A stretch of DNA of 43,061 nucleotides, taken from Gloeobacterales cyanobacterium. Its GTDB lineage: Bacteria > Cyanobacteriota > Cyanobacteriia > Gloeobacterales > PMM-0068. The translations under genes and the position numbers were made by a program. Shown here one piece after another: positions 30,430-39,704 of the stretch (position 1 is its first letter; every line of letters begins with the position of its first letter). The stretch lies in the NCBI GenBank assembly GCA_038245785.1, contig JBBRSB010000037.1:1-43061 (forward strand). The letters run 5' to 3'. The notes under the pieces are model-generated. The model searched no databases, was not told where the DNA came from, and saw only the letters and a program-made list of their open reading frames with translations.

Positions 30430-33400
30430 ATGATTCTCAATTCATCTCTTTCTAGTTCTGAACCCTCTATTCAGCCAGCGTACGAGGAAAAGACCCAAGC
30501 CCTTGCTCGCCAGCTGCTAGCGGAGACCACAGAAAAGCGCTCACTCTTTGCTAAAGTGCGGGACCAACTCCGCTGGGATGACAAACTACTCAGTTGGACG
30601 ATGGACAACCCTAGTCTGCGGGTGCAGCTGTTCCGTCTGATCGACTGTTTGCCATCTCTGACAACGAAGGCGGAAATTGCCCGTCACCTTCAGGAATATT
30701 TGAGCGATGCTTCCGTGGAATTGCCCCAGGCGCTCAAGAACCTGCTCAATTTTACGAGCCCAGACTCAATGCCAGGGCAAGTCGCTGCCACCACGCTGGC
30801 CACGGCCGTAGAAACCCTGGCTAGAAAATATATTGCAGGCGAAAACCTGAAGCAGGCGCTCAAGAGTATTGAACAACTTCGTAAACAGTCCATGACCTTC
30901 ACGATCGATGTACTGGGAGAGGCCGTGGTGACGGAAACGGAAGCCCAATCCTACCTGGATCAGTATTTGGAGTTAATGGGACAACTTACAGAAGCTTCCC
31001 AGCGATGGGCTCCGGCACCCCAGATGAATACTGCCGATGGGCTAGATTTATCCAAGGTGCAGGTTTCGGTAAAACTCACAGCCTTTTATTCCCAATTTGA
31101 TCCCCTAGACGTAAAGGGTTCTCAAGCGAAGGTGAGTGACCGTATCCGTATCCTCCTGCGTCGGGCGAAGGAAGTGGGAGCGGAAGTTCACTTTGACATG
31201 GAGCAGTATCGCTATAAAGGTGCAACGCTGGAGGCGCTTAAGCAGCTGCTGATGGAGGAAGAGTTTCGTGACCGCACCGACCTTGGCATAACCCTGCAAG
31301 CCTATCTACGGGATAGCTATCAGGATTTGCAGGATTTAATCCATTGGGTCAAACAGCGAAGCAATCCGATCACGGTGCGTTTGGTCAAAGGGGCTTATTG
31401 GGATCAAGAAACGATCATTGCCCGCCAAAATTATTGGCCGACTCCCGTCTACAACCAAAAATCTTCGACGGACGCTAATTTTGAGCGCATGACGCGACTG
31501 CTCCTGGAAAATCATGAGCATCTTTACGCTGCAATTGGTAGCCATAACGTTCGTTCTCAAGCCTACGCGATTGCGATCGCCCAAACCCTAAATATTCCCA
31601 AACGGCACCTTGAATTTCAAGTCCTCTATGGCATGGCCGATAATCTTGCCACAGCCCTCGCCAAACGGGGCCATCGCGTTCGGGTCTATTGTCCTTACGG
31701 TGACCTAATTCCAGGCATGGCCTACCTGATTCGACGCTTGTTAGAAAATACGGCTAATAGCTCTTTCTTACGTCAAAGCCTGACAGAGCATCCGATAGAA
31801 GATTTGTTGGCAGTTCCTGTTTGGGGAGAAGGCGACGAGGACGGCAGCGAAGTCAAACCTACGCCCCTTAGCTTATCGACTGCGACCGTCACTCAAATTA
31901 ATCCCTCAGCGGATACGGACTATGCGATTGCTCAATCCCGAGCGGATGTGCTCACTGCCATGGAGTCTGTGAAACAACAGTTGGGGCAAACCTATTGGCC
32001 GCTCATTAATGGAGAGCGAGTACAGACAGCGACGACGATTCAATCTGTCAATCCGTCAAATCCGGCAGAGATTGTGGGCACGGTCGGCCAAATTAATATC
32101 GAACAAGCAGATCAGGCCATAGCCGTGGCAAAAAAAGCCTTTCACTCCTGGCAACGGACGCCAGCGTGGGAACGTGCTGCCATCCTTCGACGAGCGGCAG
32201 ATTTACTGGAAGCACGTCGTCATGAACTCAATGCCTGGATGGTTTTTGAGGCAGGCAAACCGCTCAAACAAGCAGATGTAGAAGTGTCGGAAGCAGCAGA
32301 TTTCTGTCGGTACTACGCAGCGGAAATGGAGCGCTTAGATCCAGAAGTAGTCTATGACGTGGCCGGGGAGAGCAATCGCTACGGCTATCGGCCCAAGGGA
32401 ATTGTGTTGGTGATTTCCCCCTGGAACTTCCCCCTGGCCATTCCGACAGGGATGACCGTTGCTGCCTTGGTAACCGGCAACTGTGCGCTGCTGAAACCAG
32501 CGGCCGTTACGTCCGTGATAGCGGCAAAGCTGAGCGACATCTTGGTGGAGGCAGGCATTCCTAAAGGGGTTTTCCAGTACGTTCCCTGCAGCGGCTCCAG
32601 CGTGGGTACCCATCTAGTCAAACACCCGGATGTACAAATGATTGTGTTCACCGGGTCGCAGGAAGTAGGTTGTCAAATCTACGCTAATGCAGCTATCCTG
32701 CAACCGGGTCAAAAGCACTTGAAACGAGTAGTTGCCGAGATGGGAGGCAAAAACGCAATTCTTGTCGATGAAAGTGCTGATTTGGATCAAGCAGTGCAGG
32801 GGATCGTCTATTCTGCCTTCGGCTATAGCGGCCAAAAGTGTTCCGCCTGCTCCCGTGTGGTGGTGCTGGCACCGATTTATGATGCGTTCGTGACTCGGCT
32901 GGTGGAAGCGACGAAATCGTTGAATATTGGGAATGCTGCCGATCCAGGCACCAAGGTCGGGCCCGTGATTGATGCAGCTGCTCAGCAGCGGATTCGCGAT
33001 TACATTGCCAAAGGAAAAACGGAAGCCACGCTTGCCCTAGAGCTTCCTTCCCAAGAACCGGGTTATTTTGTTGGTCCAGCTATCTTTATAGATGTTGATC
33101 CGCAGGCCACGATTGCTCAGGAGGAAATCTTTGGTCCGGTGTTGTCGGTGATGAAAGCCCAGAATTTTGATCAGGCCTTGGCGATTGCGAACGGTACCCA
33201 CTACGCCCTCACGGGAGGACTCTATTCCCGCACGCCGTCACACATTCAGCAGGCGAAAGCAGAATTTGAGGTAGGCAATCTTTATATCAATCGCACCATT
33301 ACGGGAGCGGTCGTGGCAAGGCAACCCTTTGGTGGCTATAAACTATCGGGCGTTGGCTCCAAGGCTGGGGGGCCTGATTATTTGCTGCAATTCCTCGATC

Positions 33401-33462
33401 CACGCACGGTTACGGAGAATATTCAGCGGCAGGGATTTGCGCCGATCGAGGGAATGGAATAG
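30430..33462 (+). CDS. putA: Bifunctional proline dehydrogenase / P5C dehydrogenase
   Basis: VRLVKGAYWD, YLIRRLLENTAN, ISPWNFP, EMGGKN, GQKCSAC, QPFGG. Start is ATG 30430 or GTG 30394. Confidence 0.96.
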   Translation: MILNSSLSSSEPSIQPAYEEKTQALARQLLAETTEKRSLFAKVRDQLRWDDKLLSWTMDNPSLRVQLFRLIDCLPSLTTKAEIARHLQEYLSDASVELPQALKNLLNFTSPDSMPGQVAATTLATAVETLARKYIAGENLKQALKSIEQLRKQSMTFTIDVLGEAVVTETEAQSYLDQYLELMGQLTEASQRWAPAPQMNTADGLDLSKVQVSVKLTAFYSQFDPLDVKGSQAKVSDRIRILLRRAKEVGAEVHFDMEQYRYKGATLEALKQLLMEEEFRDRTDLGITLQAYLRDSYQDLQDLIHWVKQRSNPITVRLVKGAYWDQETIIARQNYWPTPVYNQKSSTDANFERMTRLLLENHEHLYAAIGSHNVRSQAYAIAIAQTLNIPKRHLEFQVLYGMADNLATALAKRGHRVRVYCPYGDLIPGMAYLIRRLLENTANSSFLRQSLTEHPIEDLLAVPVWGEGDEDGSEVKPTPLSLSTATVTQINPSADTDYAIAQSRADVLTAMESVKQQLGQTYWPLINGERVQTATTIQSVNPSNPAEIVGTVGQINIEQADQAIAVAKKAFHSWQRTPAWERAAILRRAADLLEARRHELNAWMVFEAGKPLKQADVEVSEAADFCRYYAAEMERLDPEVVYDVAGESNRYGYRPKGIVLVISPWNFPLAIPTGMTVAALVTGNCALLKPAAVTSVIAAKLSDILVEAGIPKGVFQYVPCSGSSVGTHLVKHPDVQMIVFTGSQEVGCQIYANAAILQPGQKHLKRVVAEMGGKNAILVDESADLDQAVQGIVYSAFGYSGQKCSACSRVVVLAPIYDAFVTRLVEATKSLNIGNAADPGTKVGPVIDAAAQQRIRDYIAKGKTEATLALELPSQEPGYFVGPAIFIDVDPQATIAQEEIFGPVLSVMKAQNFDQALAIANGTHYALTGGLYSRTPSHIQQAKAEFEVGNLYINRTITGAVVARQPFGGYKLSGVGSKAGGPDYLLQFLDPRTVTENIQRQGFAPIEGME

Positions 33463-33467
33463 GTGTA

Positions 33468-33544
33468 AGGCTCGTGCTTTTTGAAACCAAGTCATAAAAA
33501 TAGAGATGGCGAAAAGCCCAAGTGCGTAAGATCGTTGCCATAAG
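33468..33544 (-). pseudogene. Orphan copy of the methyltransferase 5' end (right direct repeat)
   Basis: Encodes MATILRTWAFRHLYFYDLVSKSTSL versus MATILRTWAFRHLWFYNLVSKSTSL at 20114, then runs into the putA 3' end. Confidence 0.9.
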
Positions 33545-33775
33545 TTCATGATGGAGGAGGAGTTTTTCCTATAAGTGGGCAAGAACCTTGTCCTAAAGTG
33601 AAAAACCAAAATGTTTGTCAAGGATATCGTTTTGAAAGCCTCTCTGGGCAAGGGATTCAAGTCGTACTGGCTAGAACAATGTGTCCTTTTTTAACTATCT
33701 TAAAATAAGACTACATTCCTTCCTCTAAAACAGTAAAACTGATCGTGCTAGGGTGAAAAAACTCTGAATGACAAT

Positions 33776-34150
33776 ATGGCTGTACCCACAACTCTGACCC
33801 CCAATTTCACACTTCCCTTAGTCGTTCTTACTTTGGGACTACTTAGCCTATTTATCTTGCCGCTGGTACCCGCGATTCTTCTGGTTCTCTTTGGCCTATT
33901 TCTGATCTACCAAACCGTGACCCTCCGCATTGTCTTTTTAGAAAAGACCTTTGCCGTTCAGCGCTCCGGTAAAACCCTGGTTGACTTTCCCTACGTCGAT
34001 TGGTTCACCTGGAAAATTCTTTGGCCAACCGTGCCAATTCTTCTTTATTTTAAGGAAGTGAAGAGTATCCATTTCATCCCTATGCTTTTTTCCCCCAAAG
34101 AATTGCGCCAGAATTTGGAACGCTTTGTTCCTCAGGCAGGAGCTAAGTGA
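33776..34150 (+). CDS. DUF3119 family membrane protein
   Basis: LFGLFL..QT..LR..F, FPY..W..W.I.W...PIL.YFKEVKSIHF.PMLF. Confidence 0.88.
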   Translation: MAVPTTLTPNFTLPLVVLTLGLLSLFILPLVPAILLVLFGLFLIYQTVTLRIVFLEKTFAVQRSGKTLVDFPYVDWFTWKILWPTVPILLYFKEVKSIHFIPMLFSPKELRQNLERFVPQAGAK

Positions 34151-34776
34151 ACGCTTGGACGGGGGCTTTGGGGATTCCTGTAGGCTATCTACTAGGCTCT
34201 ATTTCTAGCGGCTATTGGGCGGGAAAGTGGGTTAAAGGTATTGATATTCGTGAGTACGGCTCCAAATCAACGGGCGCAACCAATGTTCTCAGAGTTTTAG
34301 GAAAAGGACCCGCCGCTGCCGTTTTTGCCGCTGATGTCTTCAAAGGCGTCCTTGCTGTATTAGCAGCTTGGTCCTTGGGACAGGGCTCGGACCTTTGGGT
34401 GATTGCAGCAGGATTAGCCGCAATTTTGGGCCATAGTAAATCTATCTTTTTGAATTTCTCTGGTGGAAAATCGGTTGCGGTTAGTGTTGGGCTACTCTTA
34501 GCGATGGATTGGCGGGTAGGACTCTGTGCGCTTGCTTTATGGGGCACAGTTGTAGGCTTAACGCGCTGGGTTTCCCTGGGCTCCGTTCTAACAGCAATTG
34601 CCATTGCCCCGCTAATGTATTTTTTCGGCAATCCTGTTAGCTACATACTCTTCGGAACCGTCGGTGGTCTATATGTAATCATCCGCCACAAAACAAATAT
34701 GCAGCGTCTCTTGAAGGGGACGGAGCCTCGTATTGGCGAAAAAGTGAATATAGAATCTAAGCCATCGGATGCATAG
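34147..34776 (+). CDS. plsY: Glycerol-3-phosphate acyltransferase
   Basis: YLLGSI, GSKSTGATNVLR, GGKSVA, RHKTNMQRL..GTEP. Confidence 0.96.
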   Translation: MNAWTGALGIPVGYLLGSISSGYWAGKWVKGIDIREYGSKSTGATNVLRVLGKGPAAAVFAADVFKGVLAVLAAWSLGQGSDLWVIAAGLAAILGHSKSIFLNFSGGKSVAVSVGLLLAMDWRVGLCALALWGTVVGLTRWVSLGSVLTAIAIAPLMYFFGNPVSYILFGTVGGLYVIIRHKTNMQRLLKGTEPRIGEKVNIESKPSDA

Positions 34777-34782
34777 GCATAA

Positions 34783-34900
34783 GCCCTCATCCCCTAACCC
34801 CTTCTCCCAAAGTTGGGAGAAGGGGAACTGAGCCGAAAAATCTCTGTTTTAATTTATGCTCCCCTCTCCCGAAATCGGGAGAGGGGCTGGGGGAGAGGGC
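34783..34900. repeat. Cyanobacterial REP-like double-hairpin element
   Basis: Outer stem GCCCTC...GAGGGC encloses CCCCTTCTCCCAAAGTTGGGAGAAGGGG and CCCCTCTCCCGAAATCGGGAGAGGGG. Confidence 0.8.
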
Positions 34901-34923
34901 AAAAGTCCAATAACATTCACAAC

Positions 34924-35619
34924 TTAATTTTGACTGCCAAATAGTTGAAATTCATAAGCCTGTGGGTGGAGAAAACCATACGAGGAGATGAGTTTAAACT
35001 TTAGATATTTCGCAGTCACAGGCGAAAACGTAAATTCTTGATAAGGTGTCTTAAATGTTTTCAGATTTTTGGTCTGAAATTTTCCTATAGAATTAAACTT
35101 CCCTGTGGGAGAATCATTAGACTCTAGTAACTCAAACTCTTCGATATTGGAATCAGCGGTTTCTGAAATAAGCATAGTGAACTTATCAAAAGTGGCTGGC
35201 TGTTCACCTTCAAAAGCATAAACAGCTTCTTGTCCAATGCCGGAAGAAATCTGCTGCCAATCCTCTTTTCCATCTATAGTTGCAGACCAATCATCACTGG
35301 ATGCAACTGCTAAATGGCCACCATTCTCAGCGGTGAGAAGATTGATCGATTTTGAAATTATTTTTCGGAGATTCAATATTGGAGTCGTGATAATTGGATC
35401 TACTTTAGGAGCTTCCAGAGCGGAAGTAATAGGGGCATTAGAAATCTCCTTCTTGGCTGGATCACTCTGTGGTAATGGAGTTGATCCTTTACCTGCCAGA
35501 AAACCTGATTGATTGAGTGCCAAAATTAGGCCACCAATAGCAGTGATCACAGCGCCAGTGCCTGTAAGTATTCCTGGCAGCGTACTCCACCAATTTTGGA
35601 CCTTCTGCTCCTGCTCCAT
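34924..35619 (-). CDS. Membrane-anchored discoidin/F5-8 type C-like protein
   Basis: N-terminal WWSTLPGILTG TM segment, Pro-rich linker, C-terminal PVTAKYLKFKLISSYG...EFQLFG. Confidence 0.7.
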   Translation of the reverse strand: MEQEQKVQNWWSTLPGILTGTGAVITAIGGLILALNQSGFLAGKGSTPLPQSDPAKKEISNAPITSALEAPKVDPIITTPILNLRKIISKSINLLTAENGGHLAVASSDDWSATIDGKEDWQQISSGIGQEAVYAFEGEQPATFDKFTMLISETADSNIEEFELLESNDSPTGKFNSIGKFQTKNLKTFKTPYQEFTFSPVTAKYLKFKLISSYGFLHPQAYEFQLFGSQN

Positions 35620-35779
35620 CACTTTCTCCTCACGAATGCACACTTGCAATCTGCGTGAGCAATATTCTAGAGATCCCTTAGCGGAGTGGCAATTGACAAT
35701 CTTTCGTTTCTATTGAAGGATTTTTCGGTTTCGCAAGAACAGTTAGAATAGTTAATATCCCGTAACATTGTTGGTGGTT

Positions 35780-36685
35780 ATGCAAGTAGCTCCGATTACT
35801 GCCCCGATTCCTGGTACCTATTGGCAGTGGCGAGGACAGTCTATCTACTATGTACGGGCAGGTGAACGGCATCCTCAGCGACCCCCGATTCTCTTAGTTC
35901 ATGGCTTTGGGGCTTCTACAGACCACTGGCGTAAGAACATTGCCGAACTCAAAGAAGATTTTGAAGTATGGGCCATCGATCTTTTGGGCTTTGGACGTTC
36001 TGAAAAACCTTTATGGCAATACAGCAGTGAACTCTGGAGTGATCAGTTGCGCGACTTTATTGCAGAAGTGATCGGTCAACCCGCTGTTTTGGTCGGTAAT
36101 TCTATCGGTGGCTATACAACCCTATCGGTGGCTGCGCAACATCCATCCTCAGCCGCAGGTTTAGTGCTCCTCAATAGTGTCGGTCCATTCACAGAAGCCA
36201 ATCCGCAGCCTGTAAATCCTGTGCAACAAGTTATTGGAAACGTCTCAAAATCGCTCATGGGTCAGCCTTGGGCTGGTTTGCTCTTGTTTCAATACATGCG
36301 TCAGCGCTCCGTTATTCGCAAGACGTTGGAGCGCGTATATCTAGACCAAAGCACCGTCACAGACCAACTTGTAGAAGAGATTTATCAACCATCTTGTGAT
36401 CCAAATGCCGCCAAGGTCTTTGCCTCATTTTTCAAAACGCCCCAAGGGGAAAAAGTAGATATTTTGCTGAAGCAAATGACCTGTCCACTCTTGCTATTAT
36501 GGGGCGAAGGCGACCCTTGGATGAATACAAAAAGCCGAGCAGCTAAGTTTCACCAGCATTATGCGCAAATCACCGAACACTATCTGCAAGCAGGACATTG
36601 CCCTCATGATGAAGTGCCAGAGCAGGTAAATGCTTTGATTCGGTCTTGGGTGCTGTCCTGTGGAAACTCTACACAAACGTTATAA
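35780..36685 (+). CDS. Alpha/beta fold hydrolase
   Basis: LLVHGFGASTDHWRKN, DLLGFGRS, GNSIGG, WGEGDPW, AGHCPHDE. Confidence 0.95.
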   Translation: MQVAPITAPIPGTYWQWRGQSIYYVRAGERHPQRPPILLVHGFGASTDHWRKNIAELKEDFEVWAIDLLGFGRSEKPLWQYSSELWSDQLRDFIAEVIGQPAVLVGNSIGGYTTLSVAAQHPSSAAGLVLLNSVGPFTEANPQPVNPVQQVIGNVSKSLMGQPWAGLLLFQYMRQRSVIRKTLERVYLDQSTVTDQLVEEIYQPSCDPNAAKVFASFFKTPQGEKVDILLKQMTCPLLLLWGEGDPWMNTKSRAAKFHQHYAQITEHYLQAGHCPHDEVPEQVNALIRSWVLSCGNSTQTL

Positions 36686-36734
36686 GTCCAAACGCATCTC
36701 GTTCGATTCAGAAAACCAAGACCAGTGTAGACAG
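36681..36734 (-). repeat. Orphan copy of the GNAT gene 3' end (left direct repeat)
   Basis: 50/55 aligned positions identical to 37756-37810 (one gap). Encodes SESNEMRLDL*. Confidence 0.9.
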
Positions 36735-37005
36735 TAAAGTCTAGTTTTAAGGGTATCGATTCCAAAGCTCCTCCTTAAGACAGTCGAGATAAAATCGCAT
36801 CTTGCGCAGCATAAAAGAGTTCAGTAGCACAATCTACAACGTGAGCTAGGCAAGATTGATGGGAGACGACTCTAGCGGTCGTTCTCCTTATGGTGATTAT
36901 TCTTGCTGCACGGCTATGTTGTAACACCTGAAGACTGGCAACCCGAGGATCATCGGAAGATGATTCGGAATTCACAGACTGTTTTACAAATGAGGAAAAT
37001 CAGCT

Positions 37006-37629
37006 ATGTTCAAACTCAACTTAGTGACAACTATCCTGGTGGCGACTGCGATCACTACCGCCACTGGCGTCACGGCTAAAACTACATTGAATCAAACGAG
37101 AATGCAGCCCGACCAAAGCAGCACAACACTGGCAAAACAACCCACGACTCAATCCGCTCAGCCCACGGCAAGCATTTCACGACGACAGTTTGTGATGAAA
37201 TCTTCCCAAGGAGGTATGGCAGAGGTGGAGCTTGGCCGAATGGCCTCCCAGCGCGGATCAGATGACCAAGTAAAACAATTCGGAGAACGGATGGTTCAAG
37301 ATCATACCAAAGCAAATGATGAACTCAAGCAGTTGGCAACTTCTAAAAAGATCACGATAGCTAAGAATGTTGGAGAGGAAAATCAGATGGTGATGCAACG
37401 GTTATCAAAGCTATCTGGTGCTGAATTTGATCGTGCGTACATGAAGCATATGGTTGAGGATCATATGAAAGATGTGTCCTTATTTGAACAAGAGGCAAAA
37501 AAGGGAAGAGATCAGAACCTAAAAGCCTGGGCGGCTAAAACACTGCCGACCCTGCAGGAACACCTGAAATTAGCTCAATCCATCGAATCTTCTCTAGGAG
37601 GTACAGCACCTAAATCTGATAATCAGTAA
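37006..37629 (+). CDS. DUF4142 domain protein, exported (ferritin-like)
   Basis: Signal peptide, GMAEVELG, VKQF..RMV.DH.KAN.ELKQLA, G.EFDRAYM..MV.DH, TLPTLQEHL. Confidence 0.92.
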   Translation: MFKLNLVTTILVATAITTATGVTAKTTLNQTRMQPDQSSTTLAKQPTTQSAQPTASISRRQFVMKSSQGGMAEVELGRMASQRGSDDQVKQFGERMVQDHTKANDELKQLATSKKITIAKNVGEENQMVMQRLSKLSGAEFDRAYMKHMVEDHMKDVSLFEQEAKKGRDQNLKAWAAKTLPTLQEHLKLAQSIESSLGGTAPKSDNQ

Positions 37630-37636
37630 GCAACAG

Positions 37637-37675
37637 CGAGGTGATAGACGTCAGCTGAATGTTTCTATCACCTCG
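37637..37675. terminator. Hairpin between convergent DUF4142 and GNAT genes
   Basis: 12-bp arms CGAGGTGATAGA / TCTATCACCTCG. Confidence 0.6.
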
Positions 37676-37754
37676 TAGTTTGTTGGGTATGCGCTGATCT
37701 ACAACCGCTAGAAGGCTGTAATTCAGTCTTGAATGCTTGAACTTACCTAAAACC

Positions 37755-38229
37755 CTATAAGTCCAAACGCATCTCGTTTAATTCAGAAAAACCGAGACCA
37801 GTATAGACAGGCTTTCCTGAAAGCGAAGCGTGCAAAATAACCCGCGTACAACCAAGGGATTTCAAATAGTCAACGGCTAGAGAAGTGAGCCTTTTGGCAA
37901 AACCTTGACTCCGCAAGTCTGGCTCCACATAGACCCCCCAGACATAGCCATATTTTCGAGAGGAATCTTCGATGATCTGAGGATAGAGACCAGCAAAGAG
38001 CTGACATCCTGCCGAGCCCACAACTATGCCATCGACTTCTACAACAAAAGCTTTGTAGGCCAATTCGCAACGAGCATGATTCAAGAACGCTATCGTCAGC
38101 TCCTGCCAATCGGGTCGAACCGATTCAATAGGAACATCATTATCCCGCCACATGGCATAAAAGTGTTCAGCAATTAGAGCATCTTCTGCTGAACTGGATT
38201 CTCTGTAGTTGGGGACTTTTTCTATCCAA
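37755..38229 (-). CDS. GNAT N-acetyltransferase (5' end lacks an in-frame start; possible frameshift)
   Basis: GYVWGVYVEP..RSQGFAKRL, LHAS..G.PVY..LGF. GNAT-like sequence continues upstream of ATG 38153, and the TTG at 38229 is one base out of frame. Confidence 0.8.
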
Positions 38230-38232
38230 GAA

Positions 38233-39321
38233 TCAACTCTTCGCCACAGCCTCAGCCACTAAAGCGCCCATCTCTTTACAGCCTACGGGTTTCATCCCAG
38301 GACTCATAATGTCACCCGTACGGTATCCCTGATCCAGTACGCTCAGCACAGCATTTTCGATAGCCTGGGCAGCTTCTGGTTGATTTAAGGAATACTGCAG
38401 CATCATGGCTCCAGAGAGAATCTGAGCCAGAGGATTCGCCTTATCCTGTCCGGCAATATCGGGGGCGGAACCGTGCACGGGTTCATACATCCCTAAACTG
38501 CCCGTGCCTAGAGAAGCAGAGGGAAGCATCCCAATCGAGCCTGTGAGCATGGAGGCCTGGTCTGAAAGAATATCTCCGAAGAGATTGCCCGTCACTATCA
38601 CATCAAACTGTTTTGGCCAGCGCACCAGTTGCATCGCACAGTTATCTACATACATGTGGCTCAGCTCTACCTGGGCATAGTCCTTACCCACGCGAGTGAC
38701 TACTTCCCGCCACAGTTGAGAAACTTCTAGAACATTGGCTTTATCCACAGAGAGTAAACGCTTACCCCGCTTCATCGCCGCTTCAAACCCTACCTTAGCA
38801 ATCCGCTCAATTTCAGACTCTCGGTAGACCATGGTATTGACGCCTTTGCGCTCTCCATTCGGTTCGGTAAAGATACCCTTAGGCTCACCGAAATAAATAC
38901 CTCCGGTCAATTCCCTCACCACCATCAGGTCTACACCTTCCACCACCTCTCGCTTTAGAGAGGAACTTTCAATCAGCTGGGGCAAAATCTTGGCAGGACG
39001 CAGATTGGCAAATAGTCCTAGACCAGACCGCAGTCCTAGTAGAGCCCGTTCGGGGCGTTTGTCATTGGGAAGCATATCGTACTGGAGACCACCCACTGCG
39101 CCCAGGAAAACACTGTCACTCTTCTGGCAAAGGGCTAAGGTTTCTGGAGGGAGAGGGTTTCCTGTCAGATCATAGGCCGCCCCGCCCACAGGAGCCTCAG
39201 TAAACGCCCATTCAAAATCAAACTTCCGAGCTACTTCTTTTAAAACATCCAGAGCCACCGAAACAATTTCAGGGCCGATGCCATCACCGGGAATGACTGC
39301 AATGGAATAGGTCTGAGTCAA
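38233..39321 (-). CDS. leuB: 3-isopropylmalate dehydrogenase
   Basis: [39 protein letters not shown]. Confidence 0.98.
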   Translation of the reverse strand: MTQTYSIAVIPGDGIGPEIVSVALDVLKEVARKFDFEWAFTEAPVGGAAYDLTGNPLPPETLALCQKSDSVFLGAVGGLQYDMLPNDKRPERALLGLRSGLGLFANLRPAKILPQLIESSSLKREVVEGVDLMVVRELTGGIYFGEPKGIFTEPNGERKGVNTMVYRESEIERIAKVGFEAAMKRGKRLLSVDKANVLEVSQLWREVVTRVGKDYAQVELSHMYVDNCAMQLVRWPKQFDVIVTGNLFGDILSDQASMLTGSIGMLPSASLGTGSLGMYEPVHGSAPDIAGQDKANPLAQILSGAMMLQYSLNQPEAAQAIENAVLSVLDQGYRTGDIMSPGMKPVGCKEMGALVAEAVAKS

Positions 39322-39704
39322 GGGGTCCCCTCAAAAATCCAAAGGCTTATTATCGAGGCTTAGGAGACCCAGAGCAAGAAAGATTATCTCGCAGCAATTA
39401 AAAGTATTCGACTTCTCAGGCTGTAAGCAACAGTTAATTTATTTGCTTAAATTCCTAAATTGTATAAAAAAGAACTTTTAAAATAGGTTTCTGGTATATC
39501 TAAACACACGGCAGGTAAAATTCAAGTGATATGATTATTGCCAAGAAAAAGAGTTAGTAAAGTGCTATTACCTCATCTTAATCTAAATACATAATTGTTT
39601 GCCTTTCACACTATAGATTCTTTATTAGAAAGGCTTGTATCCTCATTCTTTTACAATGCTCAAGTTGACTACTTCACGCTAGATCTTATAGTGAGGAGAC
39701 TCAG

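Larger units (their letters stand above)
20118..33467. mobile_element. Putative acquired cyanophycin/arginine catabolism island without integrase
   Basis: Bounded by diverged direct repeats, enriched in HIP1 sites, functionally coherent cargo. Confidence 0.75.

Noticed and set aside
33343..33660. 105-aa minus-strand ORF over the right repeat
   Set aside because: It is in a different frame from the methyltransferase relic, overlaps putA antisense, and matches no recognisable family.
39359..39380. Possible decayed copy of the sulfurtransferase 3' end as a third boundary repeat
   Set aside because: The similarity is too short and weak to distinguish from chance.
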